From contig DASRPN010000155.1 in NCBI GenBank assembly GCA_035646355.1, forward strand, positions 10,711 through 74,710: DNA of 64,000 nucleotides. The letters run 5' to 3'. The translations under genes were made by a program, and so were the position numbers. This stretch comes from Pyrinomonadaceae bacterium. Lineage in GTDB: Bacteria > Acidobacteriota > Blastocatellia > Pyrinomonadales > Pyrinomonadaceae. This document shows positions 18,410-26,811 of the stretch, in pieces. The notes beneath the pieces are model-generated. The model was not told where the DNA came from and did not search any database. It saw nothing but the letters and a program-made list of their open reading frames with translations. Each line of letters opens with the position of its first letter. Position 1 is the first letter of the stretch.

Positions 18410-19383
18410 CCACGAAAGATTCCGATCTGAATGCACTGATCGAGTCCGCGTTGCGCTTCAAGCGCGGCGACGATCGCTCGCGGCCGCTCGAGGGCAAGTC
18501 AGTGGCCCTGGTGTTCTTCAATCCGAGTTTGCGCACGCGTGCGTCGATGCAAGTGGGCGTCTACGAGCTAGGCGGCAACGCGGTCGTACTCGAACCCGGC
18601 GGGACGAGTTGGACGCTCGAGCATCGCGCAGGCGCGGTGATGGACGGTGATAAGACTGAACACGTATCCGAGTTTGTGCGCGTGCTCGAACGATACTGTG
18701 TCGCGATCGGTGTGCGTACCTTTGCGGCGCTGAAAGACTGGGCGGAGGAACGGACCGATCCGATTCTAAATTCGTTTGCACGGTACGCATCGGTGCCGAT
18801 CATCAATCTTGAATCCGCGATGCATCATCCCTGCCAATCACTCGCTGACATGATGACGATACGCGAGAAACTCGGCGCGGGACGCAAACGCGTCCTGTTG
18901 ACCTGGGCGTGGCATCCGAAATTGCTTCCGATGGCCGTGCCAAACAGTTTCGCACTCGCGGCGGCGCAAATGGGGCACGACCTCGTCATCGCACATCCGC
19001 CCGGATACGATCTCGACGAAGAGTTGATCGAAGATTCGCGAAAAGTTGCGGCCGATGCAGGCGGCAGCCTGACGATCAGTAACGACATGGACACGGCTTT
19101 CGCCGGCGCTGAAGTGATCTACGCGAAGAGTTGGGGCGCCAAACAGTTTTACGGGCGCGACGAACAAGACACGATCACGCGGGCGCAGTATCGCAACAAG
19201 TGGATCGTTAACGAGCGCCGCATGGCCCAAACGGACGACGCGATCTTCATGCATTGTCTGCCCGTGCGTCGTAACGTGATCGTAACCGACGGTGTGATCG
19301 ACTCAGCTTCATCCGTGGTGATTGATGAAGCCGAAAACCGGTTGCACGTCCAAAAAGCCGTAATTGCTGAGCTTTGTGCTTAG
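18397..19383 (+). CDS. argF': N-acyl-L-ornithine carbamoyltransferase (AOTCase/SOTCase family, argF')
   Basis: SLRTR replaces the STRTR of classical OTCase. HPCQ and HCLP motifs. Along its length it resembles the Xanthomonas N-acetylornithine transcarbamylase as I remember it (FFNPS.RTR, W..E, VMDGD..EH, IDEAENRLHVQKA). Confidence 0.85.
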   Translation: MHFLTTKDSDLNALIESALRFKRGDDRSRPLEGKSVALVFFNPSLRTRASMQVGVYELGGNAVVLEPGGTSWTLEHRAGAVMDGDKTEHVSEFVRVLERYCVAIGVRTFAALKDWAEERTDPILNSFARYASVPIINLESAMHHPCQSLADMMTIREKLGAGRKRVLLTWAWHPKLLPMAVPNSFALAAAQMGHDLVIAHPPGYDLDEELIEDSRKVAADAGGSLTISNDMDTAFAGAEVIYAKSWGAKQFYGRDEQDTITRAQYRNKWIVNERRMAQTDDAIFMHCLPVRRNVIVTDGVIDSASSVVIDEAENRLHVQKAVIAELCA

Positions 19384-19459
19384 TGCTTGGTACTTAATAC
19401 TTTGTTGTTTGGTCTGCGATCAAAGCACAAAGTACTAAGTACTAAGTACAAAGAACAAG
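19381..19459. repeat. Word-repeat hairpin element G (GTAC/CAAAG type)
   Basis: TAGTGCTTGGTACTTAATACTTTGTTGTTTG ... CAAAGCACAAAGTACTAAGTACTAAGTACAAAGAACAAG. Begins with the argF' stop codon and ends 4 nt before the argB ATG. Confidence 0.85.
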
Positions 19460-19463
19460 AAAC

Positions 19464-20375
19464 ATGACCGAACCGAGAACAAGTATCGACGATCAGCTAC
19501 GTCTCGATCTCCTGCGTGAAGCGCTGCCGTACATCCAGCGCTTCCAGGGACACACGTTTGTGGTCAAGCTCTCCGGAAAAGTTACCGAAGTTCAGGAGAA
19601 CCTCATTTCGCTGGCTGAGGAGTTGGCGTTACTGCACCAGGTCGGCATACGCATCTGCGTCGTGCACGGTGGGGGCAAACAACTCAGCGAACTCGCCACG
19701 AGGCTCGGGATCGAACAGACGATCATCGAGGGCCGTCGTGTCACGGACGACGCGACGCTCGAAATGGCCAAGATGATCTTTGCCGGCAAGATTAATACCG
19801 ACATCCTGGCAGCGCTCCGCCATCGCAGCATCGAAGCTGTCGGTTTGTCGGGCGTCGACGGCAACATCGTCCACGCCGAACGACGTCCGCCGAAAGAGAT
19901 CGTCAACCGCGAGACTGGTGTGCGCGACAAGGTCGATTTCGGACATGTCGGCGACGTCGTGCAGATCAACGCACGACTGCTGACCGTCCTGCTGGACCAC
20001 GGCTATCTGCCCGTGATCTCATCGCTTGGCGCGGATGACGAAGGCATGGTCTTCAACATCAACGCCGACACGATAGCCGCTGAAATCGCAGTCCAACTTC
20101 AGGCCGAGAAGCTAATCCTGCTCAGCGACGTCGACGGTATCTACTTGAAGTCCGGCGATCCACAGACAAAACTGTCGCGTCTCACGGCCGCCGAGACTGA
20201 TGAGTTGATCAGCAGCGGCGCCGCAACCGGCGGCATGATTCCGAAACTACAGAACATCGCCACGCTGTTGCGACGCGGCGTGCATAGTGCTCACATCATC
20301 AGCGGCTCCAAACGCAACGCGCTCCTGTCCGAAGTTTTCACCGACAAAGGCACCGGAACAATGATCGTCGCCTAA
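19464..20375 (+). CDS. argB: N-acylglutamate kinase
   Basis: 303 aa. Amino-acid kinase fold motifs VVKLSG, VVHGGG, NINAD. Confidence 0.9.
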   Translation: MTEPRTSIDDQLRLDLLREALPYIQRFQGHTFVVKLSGKVTEVQENLISLAEELALLHQVGIRICVVHGGGKQLSELATRLGIEQTIIEGRRVTDDATLEMAKMIFAGKINTDILAALRHRSIEAVGLSGVDGNIVHAERRPPKEIVNRETGVRDKVDFGHVGDVVQINARLLTVLLDHGYLPVISSLGADDEGMVFNINADTIAAEIAVQLQAEKLILLSDVDGIYLKSGDPQTKLSRLTAAETDELISSGAATGGMIPKLQNIATLLRRGVHSAHIISGSKRNALLSEVFTDKGTGTMIVA

Positions 20376-20384
20376 CAGCAGCCT

Positions 20385-20486
20385 CCCGCAAAGACGCAAA
20401 GCCGCAAAGAAAGACCTCAGAAATTGTCTCTAACCCTCCGGCGGCTTTTCTTGGTTCCTGTCTTTGCAACTTTGCGCCTTTGCGGG
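20385..20486. repeat. Word-repeat hairpin element H (CGCAAAG type)
   Basis: CCCGCAAAGACGCAAAGCCGCAAAGAAAGAC ... GTCTTTGCAACTTTGCGCCTTTGCGGG, between convergent genes. Confidence 0.85.
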
Positions 20487-20499
20487 AACTCTCCTCGTT

Positions 20500-21078
20500 T
20501 CACCCTATGGGTGATTGCGGCAAGTACCGATCGCGATCGAACGGCGGCTCTTCGTGCTCCGGTATCGGATCGTCGGGCCAGTCCTGCGCCCAGCGTTTGC
20601 GGTGTTCACCGTCGGCGTAATACCTGAGGTAAATTTGATTATCAGTTTCACTACCACTCCCGGTGAGGTCGATCATGTACGCATAGCTCGGGTTCTCCGG
20701 AAACAACACCGCTTCCTCACGCAAACCGTCAACATAAAGATAATTGTAGAGTTCGCGATCGGTGAGGTGATTAGTGTGCAACAGGTACGCTCCAAGCGAC
20801 GCCATGCGCTCCACGATCTCCTTTAGCTTCGAGCTGAGCGATGGTTCATCGAGTTGGTCCGGCGGCGGAATCTCGAGACCACTGTTTTCGATGAGACGAA
20901 ACAAGCTGATCGGTTCAGAGGTTTCGTACTCCAACACTTGCCGCAGAAACTCTTCCTCCATGTCAGCCGGCATCGACTCGAGCGACATAGCGCTGCCGCC
21001 AAGCTTCTCCAGTTCCTGACGCAGTCTGGCGATACGTTCTTCCTGATCCGGTTCGTCGGCGAATTGAATAGTCGTCAT
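20500..21078 (-). CDS. Acidic hypothetical protein
   Basis: 192-aa ORF with coding-like composition. No motif recognised. Confidence 0.5.
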   Translation of the reverse strand: MTTIQFADEPDQEERIARLRQELEKLGGSAMSLESMPADMEEEFLRQVLEYETSEPISLFRLIENSGLEIPPPDQLDEPSLSSKLKEIVERMASLGAYLLHTNHLTDRELYNYLYVDGLREEAVLFPENPSYAYMIDLTGSGSETDNQIYLRYYADGEHRKRWAQDWPDDPIPEHEEPPFDRDRYLPQSPIG

Positions 21079-21211
21079 TCGTGGCTCCTTAAGCAGTCTG
21101 AGAGGTTTAAGGATTGAGGCGCCTGGAGGCGATGAGGCTCTCCGTCCAAGTTATGTTTTATGTGGGTGAGCGCGCATTGTCGTACTTGCGCTCGGAAAAG
21201 TAAAGCGAGCC

Positions 21212-21967
21212 TTAGGCGGACGGTTTTCCCGAGGGCGGTGGCGCGGTGAACGTGCCGAGATCAGTCATTCCCATACTCGCTTCGATCTCGTGGATGCGGG
21301 CCACAGCAGCTTCGAAACCGTTGGCATCGCCGAAATGATCCATTTCGATTTGTTCAAACTTAGCGCCAAGTTCTTCAAGCTCTGCTTCTCCAAGCGAGGC
21401 CTTCCAGGCAGGAAAAACAATCGTGTCTTCAATCGCGGAGTGATAGTCATACATTCGCGCGAAAGATTCCAGCGCGTTGATCAGCGGCGTTGTGACGTTC
21501 GAAGCAATACGATCCGAATTTGTCACCGACAGGATGTAATCGGTGATCTCACGGCCGCGTTTATGTTGGACCAACAGCACGTCCACGTACACTTCCGCCG
21601 GATTGCGAAACTTCTTAATCAGCGGCAGGACAAACTTTTCCTCCAGTTTTTTCTCGTGATAGTCTTCGCCAAAAACACGAAACAGTTGTGCGGTCTTTTC
21701 GAGTATGTCCGGCGTTATTGAATTGGGATCCTGGCGAAGACGTGTTGCAGCCTCGCGATAGACAAGCAACGCGCGCCGCAAAACACCGTGCTCTCGCATT
21801 AAGTCCTCAGCGGCCGAGACATCAGTCGGGCCAAGCTCGCCGGCTGTGGGTTCGTTCGGGTTGGTGCTGCTACCGTCGCTTTGACTCGATCTTCGGCAAC
21901 CAACGAGCAAAGCACCTGCGCCGGCGAGCGAGATCCCCGCCAGCAATTCTCTTCTTGTCTTGATCAA
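21212..21967 (-). CDS. Hemerythrin-like (HHE cation-binding) domain lipoprotein with Tat-type signal
   Basis: TRRELLAGISLAGAGALLVGC (twin-arginine plus lipobox). EDLMREHGVLRRAL and DYHSAIEDTIVFP are hemerythrin-like His/Glu patterns. TTG start. Confidence 0.6.
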   Translation of the reverse strand: MIKTRRELLAGISLAGAGALLVGCRRSSQSDGSSTNPNEPTAGELGPTDVSAAEDLMREHGVLRRALLVYREAATRLRQDPNSITPDILEKTAQLFRVFGEDYHEKKLEEKFVLPLIKKFRNPAEVYVDVLLVQHKRGREITDYILSVTNSDRIASNVTTPLINALESFARMYDYHSAIEDTIVFPAWKASLGEAELEELGAKFEQIEMDHFGDANGFEAAVARIHEIEASMGMTDLGTFTAPPPSGKPSA

Positions 21968-22055
21968 CTATTTGTTCTCCTGGATGAAACCGTGTCGTTC
22001 CTAAGAACCCTTTGATAATACCTTGCTCGCGAAGTTAGACTAAGCAAAATCTCAA

Positions 22056-22514
22056 ATGGACAATGAAGCCATTGCTCGCCGGTTCTATCGTTTTGCTGCC
22101 TTGATGGAGCTGCGTGACGACGATCCGTTTCGCTGGCGCTCCTATCGCAACGCTGCTGAAGCCATCGAAGTCTGGCCCACGCCGTTGAAGGAGATCGCGG
22201 AGAAGGAAGGTGTCGCGGGTTTGCAGGAAATCCCCGGCGTCGGCAAAGCGATCGCCGGCAAAGTGATCGACCTCCTCAATCGCGGAACCTTCGACGCCTG
22301 GGACCGGCTGACTGCGGAAACACCGGAAAGTGTTCTCGACTTGATGGAGATTCCGGGCATTGGGCCGAAAACAGCGGCCCTGCTGCACCAGCGTTTTAAA
22401 GTCTCCTCACTTGCCGAGTTCAAGACATTCGTTGCGGGCGGCGGTCTCGACATGGTTGACGGCATCGGACCCAAGACTGCCGAAAAGATCAGGGAGTCGC
22501 TGGAGTATTATTAA
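22056..22514 (+). CDS. Stand-alone helix-hairpin-helix protein equivalent to the N-terminal 8-kDa plus fingers region of family X DNA polymerases
   Basis: MDNEAIARRFYRFAALMELRDDDPFRWRSYRNAAEAIE..., then IPGVGKAIAGKV, IPGIGPKTAA and VDGIGPKTAEKI HhH motifs. The ORF ends at 152 aa with no palm, thumb or PHP domain. Confidence 0.65.
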   Translation: MDNEAIARRFYRFAALMELRDDDPFRWRSYRNAAEAIEVWPTPLKEIAEKEGVAGLQEIPGVGKAIAGKVIDLLNRGTFDAWDRLTAETPESVLDLMEIPGIGPKTAALLHQRFKVSSLAEFKTFVAGGGLDMVDGIGPKTAEKIRESLEYY

Positions 22515-22556
22515 CATTGATCTGTAGTTCCACTTCTGATTGAATGGGCCACCACC

Positions 22557-23678
22557 ATGACAAAGAAAATGAAACGCCGTGATTTCATGCGCACGGGTGC
22601 AGCCGCTGGTTTGACGATAGCGGCCACCACGAACGAGGTCGCCGGTTTCCCGACAATCCTCAAACAGAGCATCGTTAAGCCGCTCGTCATCGCCTCAGCG
22701 AATGGTAATCGATTCAAAAACGGCGGCGACGTCACTGCGGTCATGAAGGCGTTCACGATGATGACCGGCGGCGCCGACGTGCTCGACTGCGTAGTAGCGG
22801 GCGTCAACATCGTCGAACTGGATCCACTCGACGACAGCGTCGGTTACGGCGGTTTGCCAAACGCTGACGGCGTGGTGCAACTCGACTCATCAGTGATGCA
22901 TGGTCCAAAGAAACGCGCGGGCGCCGTTGGCGCTCTCGAAGGCGTGCGCACGCCGTCGCTGGTGGCGAAGGCCGTGCTGGAAAATACGGACCATCACCTG
23001 ATCGTCGGCAAAGGTGCACAGGACTTCGCGCGCAACATGGGATTCAAGATCGAAGATGATCTGAACACGGAGAATTCCCGCCGCAAGTGGCTCGAGTGGA
23101 AAAGAAGATCTGATCCCGACCATTATTTAGATCCAAAGAAGCGTGCTGAAGCCGGTCATAAAGCCGCGTTGGATATGTTGGCGGCCGGAATTCTTCGCGA
23201 AGAAAACATGCACGGCACGATCAACTGCGACGCCATCAACTCGAAGGGCGAGATCTGCGGCGTCACCACCACCAGCGGTCTTGCGTGGAAGATACCGGGA
23301 CGCATCGGCGACTCGCCGATACTCGGCGCCGGTCTTTACGTCGATGGTGCTGTCGGAGCTGCTGGTTCGACCGGTCGCGGCGAAGCGAATCTTTTCAATC
23401 TTTGCTCATTCGTGATCGTCGAGGAGATGCGTCGAGGCGTGCGTCCGAAAGACGCGGGCATGGAAGTCCTGAACCGGATCAAAAGCAACACTGTCGAGAA
23501 GCGTTTGCTCAACAGTCGCGGCCTGCCGAACTTCGGCATCACGTTCTACATTCTCAATGCGAAAGGTGAGTATGCCGGCGTGACGATGTATGAGGGTGGA
23601 TCATTCGCGATCTGCAATGAGAACGGCCCGCAAACATTGAGGTGCGATGCGTTGTTAACGGGCCGTCCCAGCGACTGA
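22557..23678 (+). CDS. Ntn-hydrolase of the asparaginase-2 / glycosylasparaginase family, Tat-exported
   Basis: RRDFMRTGAAAGL twin-arginine signal. HGTI putative autoprocessing site. GDSPILGAGLYVD and GAAGSTGRGE motifs. Confidence 0.75.
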   Translation: MTKKMKRRDFMRTGAAAGLTIAATTNEVAGFPTILKQSIVKPLVIASANGNRFKNGGDVTAVMKAFTMMTGGADVLDCVVAGVNIVELDPLDDSVGYGGLPNADGVVQLDSSVMHGPKKRAGAVGALEGVRTPSLVAKAVLENTDHHLIVGKGAQDFARNMGFKIEDDLNTENSRRKWLEWKRRSDPDHYLDPKKRAEAGHKAALDMLAAGILREENMHGTINCDAINSKGEICGVTTTSGLAWKIPGRIGDSPILGAGLYVDGAVGAAGSTGRGEANLFNLCSFVIVEEMRRGVRPKDAGMEVLNRIKSNTVEKRLLNSRGLPNFGITFYILNAKGEYAGVTMYEGGSFAICNENGPQTLRCDALLTGRPSD

Positions 23679-23751
23679 TTGGTCAGTTGTCCGTTTGTTC
23701 GCAGGTGCTACGAAGCACTGAGTACTGACAACTGACCACTGACCACTGACA
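23679..23751. repeat. Word-repeat hairpin element I (TGACCAC type)
   Basis: TTGGTCAGTTGTC ... GACAACTGACCACTGACCACTGACAA with an inner GTGCTacgaAGCAC hairpin, between convergent genes. Confidence 0.7.
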
Positions 23752-23753
23752 AT

Positions 23754-24137
23754 CTACTGAGCGTTCGGGTCACCTTGCATCATCCCGAAGATGTTGCCTT
23801 CGGTGTCTTTGCAATAGACTAACCATCCCATCCCGGGGATCGCCATCTTTGGTAGTGCTATTTGCCCGCCGTTCGACAGCGCCGTGTTCGTCGAAGCATC
23901 GACGTCCGCCACGTCCACCGTGCAAACGTAAGCAATCACAGCCTGCCCGTCGATCTCGCCCTTGCGGCGCATGAGCCCACCGTTGATACCTGGCTGGCCG
24001 TCTGGTCCAGTTGTGACGAGCCAGTACTCCATCGGTCCTTCCCACTTCTGAAACTGCCAGTCGAAAAGCGTCTTGTAAAAGTTGACGGCGCGCTCAGGAT
24101 CCGCCGCGTGAATCTCAAAATGCACAACTCTAGGCAT
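23754..24137 (-). CDS. VOC (glyoxalase/bleomycin-resistance/dioxygenase) family protein
   Basis: 127 aa. The N-terminus VVHFEIHAADPERAVNFYKTLFDW is typical of VOC proteins. Confidence 0.75.
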   Translation of the reverse strand: MPRVVHFEIHAADPERAVNFYKTLFDWQFQKWEGPMEYWLVTTGPDGQPGINGGLMRRKGEIDGQAVIAYVCTVDVADVDASTNTALSNGGQIALPKMAIPGMGWLVYCKDTEGNIFGMMQGDPNAQ

Positions 24138-24177
24138 GAATGTATGTCTCCTTATTATCGGGGTTAAGAAATACTGA

Positions 24178-24528
24178 TTAGCTCCTCGCGGGCGAGGGCG
24201 AATTGCCGTACTTTTGCGTCGCGAACCCGACGATCAATCCGACGAGTGTGCCGGGCAGAATGATCTCGAAGTAGTAACCACCCTGCATTAGCGCGATCAG
24301 AAACGCCAGGAAAGCGCCGACGAGCAAACCGAAGACAATTCCGAGCGGCAGCGATTGAAACTTTTTCGCAAAGAACCCGATCGCGATGCCGGCGATTATT
24401 CCTTTGACAGTTGAGCCGATCACGATGCCGCCGAGTTGATCTCGTACGGCCGGGGTGAACCACGCGGTCAGACCGTCGATCGCGCCGAGCACGGCGCCGA
24501 GGATTACACCAATAAGCGGTTTCGACAT
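24178..24528 (-). CDS. Small Gly-rich integral membrane protein
   Basis: 116 aa with 3-4 predicted TM helices. Sits downstream of the sigma/kinase pair on the same strand. Confidence 0.55.
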   Translation of the reverse strand: MSKPLIGVILGAVLGAIDGLTAWFTPAVRDQLGGIVIGSTVKGIIAGIAIGFFAKKFQSLPLGIVFGLLVGAFLAFLIALMQGGYYFEIILPGTLVGLIVGFATQKYGNSPSPARS

Positions 24529-24589
24529 GAGTGTCTCTCCTTTGGGGGTTTGTTTCCTATCCTTCTATTAAACGTCGCAGGCGATTTCT

Positions 24590-25612
24590 TTAACTGCGAG
24601 AGGTGAAAATGAAAAAAATTCTCATCAGCAGGTAAACGAGCACCAAAAGCACCAGGAAACGGTTCTTACCTATCCACCGGTTAACCTTTTCGTAAGCGTT
24701 CTCGCGATAGGCTGACACCGGTTCCGCGTCCAGCAATCGACTCACGTCGGCGGCCAGTTCGGCAGCGCTGGCGTAGCGATTGCCCCGATCTCGCGCCATC
24801 GCTTTCAAACAAACGGCTTCGGCGGGTTTCGTCATTTTCGGATTCACCGCGCGCGGTTTGTCGTCGTTTGGAGGTTGATCGGTCAGCAAAAAATAGAACA
24901 CTGCGCCGAGGGAGTAAATGTCAGAACGTTGGTCGAGTTGATCGACTTCGCCGCGGGCTTGTTCCGGCGACATGTACTGGCGCGTGCCAATGACGGTGCC
25001 CTGACTCGTGTCGCTCGTTGTGTTCGGATTCGGTTGATTGGGGCCGGGCAGCATCAAGGTGTCTGCTTCAGAGGCGACTGGTCCACGATCGTCACGCAAG
25101 ATTTTCGCGACGCCCCAGTCGAGCACAAGCACCTCGCCAAACGAACCAATCATGATGTTTTGCGGTTTCAAATCGCGATGAATAACGCCGTGCGCGTGAG
25201 CGAATGCGACCGCGTCACACACTGCTTGAAACTTGCGCAGCCGTTCTCTCATGGAGCTTGTGTTCGCCGCATACTCGTCGAGACGCACGCCGCGCACTAG
25301 CTTCATCGCGTAGAACACGCGGCCGTCCGGCAACTCGCCTACGTCGTGGACGGGAACGATGCCAGGGTGTTCGAGCCTCGCAATAATTTGCGCCTCGCGT
25401 ATCATCCGGCGGCGCAGGTCATCTGAGATCTCCGTAGCGCTGAGTACTTTGATCGCGACCTGACGGTTCAGTTCCGTGTCTTCGGCGAGATATACCGTTC
25501 CCATGCCGCCGCGCGCGAGTTCCTTGATGAACGTGTACTTCGTACCGCTGAAGTCGGGATTGCCGACCACTTCTCGCAAATGACTCAGTTTGTTGTCCGA
25601 CAGCCACTTCAT
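24590..25612 (-). CDS. Ser/Thr protein kinase with a C-terminal membrane anchor
   Basis: Hanks motifs GGMGTVY, AIK, HRDLKPQN, DWG, SPE. C-terminal TM segment FLVLLVLVYLLMRIFFIF. ATG overlaps the sigma-factor stop (ATGA). Confidence 0.9.
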   Translation of the reverse strand: MKWLSDNKLSHLREVVGNPDFSGTKYTFIKELARGGMGTVYLAEDTELNRQVAIKVLSATEISDDLRRRMIREAQIIARLEHPGIVPVHDVGELPDGRVFYAMKLVRGVRLDEYAANTSSMRERLRKFQAVCDAVAFAHAHGVIHRDLKPQNIMIGSFGEVLVLDWGVAKILRDDRGPVASEADTLMLPGPNQPNPNTTSDTSQGTVIGTRQYMSPEQARGEVDQLDQRSDIYSLGAVFYFLLTDQPPNDDKPRAVNPKMTKPAEAVCLKAMARDRGNRYASAAELAADVSRLLDAEPVSAYRENAYEKVNRWIGKNRFLVLLVLVYLLMRIFFIFTSRS

Positions 25613-26361
25613 TTCACGTCAACTCCAAGTAGTGAACGTGCTTCGGTGCGAAACTCTTCCTCAGTGGCGGTGATCTCGCGTAGTTTGTCGAGCACGATGC
25701 GACGGAAGTCGCGACGCGCCGCGGCGAGGTAATTGTTAACTGTCGCTGGTTCGAGTTCGAATGTTTTTGCAAGCGAGGCGTATGAGACTGATGAGTCTTC
25801 GTCGTCACGGAGGTCGTACGCTTCAAACAACTGAAAATGGACCATGCGTCCCGAGGCCTCGTATCGTTCGCGCAACGCGTCGACAGACATCGTGAACATC
25901 CACCGCACCCACTCGCGATGAAAATAATCTTCGGGACTTAGATCGGCGCTTGTCGCATGCATCGCAATCTCGTCTTCCGCGCTAAGGAAGTCGAGTTGAA
26001 AATGATTAGTGTCGCCGCCGCGTTTCAAACGCTTGCCCGCTTTTCGTTCATTGGCGACGAAGCCGTCGAGACATGTGCGCAGGAAAGTTTGGAAGCTGGC
26101 CTTGCGCGCGTCGTAGTTCGCAAAATGGTTTTTCTCGAATGCGTTTGCGAAGAATCCCTGCGTCAGATCTTTCGCGTCTTCGTTGTTTGCCTGCCACTTC
26201 AGACGAACGTACTTGTACGCGGGTTTCCAGTAACTGTTGAGGATGGTGTCGAAGGCGCGCTGGCGCACGACTTGATCCTCGCTGCGGGCGGCTGCGATTG
26301 CTGACTGGTTGGTGACGGGGAACCGCTGCTGCGCACCGCCAATGTCGGTATCCGGGTCCAT
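25609..26361 (-). CDS. ECF-type sigma-70 family factor (kinase-associated type)
   Basis: 250 aa. Sigma-2-like region (AKDLTQGFFANAF) and sigma-4 HTH (SYASLAKTFELEPATVNNYLAAARRDFR). No anti-sigma gene adjacent. Confidence 0.7.
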   Translation of the reverse strand: MDPDTDIGGAQQRFPVTNQSAIAAARSEDQVVRQRAFDTILNSYWKPAYKYVRLKWQANNEDAKDLTQGFFANAFEKNHFANYDARKASFQTFLRTCLDGFVANERKAGKRLKRGGDTNHFQLDFLSAEDEIAMHATSADLSPEDYFHREWVRWMFTMSVDALRERYEASGRMVHFQLFEAYDLRDDEDSSVSYASLAKTFELEPATVNNYLAAARRDFRRIVLDKLREITATEEEFRTEARSLLGVDVK

Positions 26362-26415
26362 GTTGAGGCGGAATTATCACACGAAGCCAGTCGGAAGGCG
26401 GTATTATTTCATGCC

Positions 26416-26811
26416 GTGAAACGATTCCATCTGGTCTTTGGGCTGGTCGTGTTGATCGTTTTTCTTTTAACGGGCCAATACATGGACCGTTATCACAACC
26501 ATCTGGAATTTATGGCCGATGGACCAAGGCTGCTTTACCGCACGCGGCACATCTTCATTCTCATGTCCGGCTTGCTGCATCTTGGGATTGGTACTTACTT
26601 TAGTTTTCAACCTACCGCTACGCGGCGAGCGTTACAGACCACTGGCTCGATGCTGATCACCGTCGCTACCATGTCATTCACGATCGCATTCTTCTATGAA
26701 CCTCGCCTCGAGAATCTCGAAACACCGCTTTCGCTTGCCGGAACGATCATGATCGCCGTCGGCACGTTACTACACCTGTTCAGTGGCGTGAGGCAGCGGG
26801 GCGCGGGATAG
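26416..26811 (+). CDS. Hypothetical 4-TM membrane protein
   Basis: 131-aa ORF with a GTG start and four hydrophobic segments. Confidence 0.5.
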   Translation: MKRFHLVFGLVVLIVFLLTGQYMDRYHNHLEFMADGPRLLYRTRHIFILMSGLLHLGIGTYFSFQPTATRRALQTTGSMLITVATMSFTIAFFYEPRLENLETPLSLAGTIMIAVGTLLHLFSGVRQRGAG

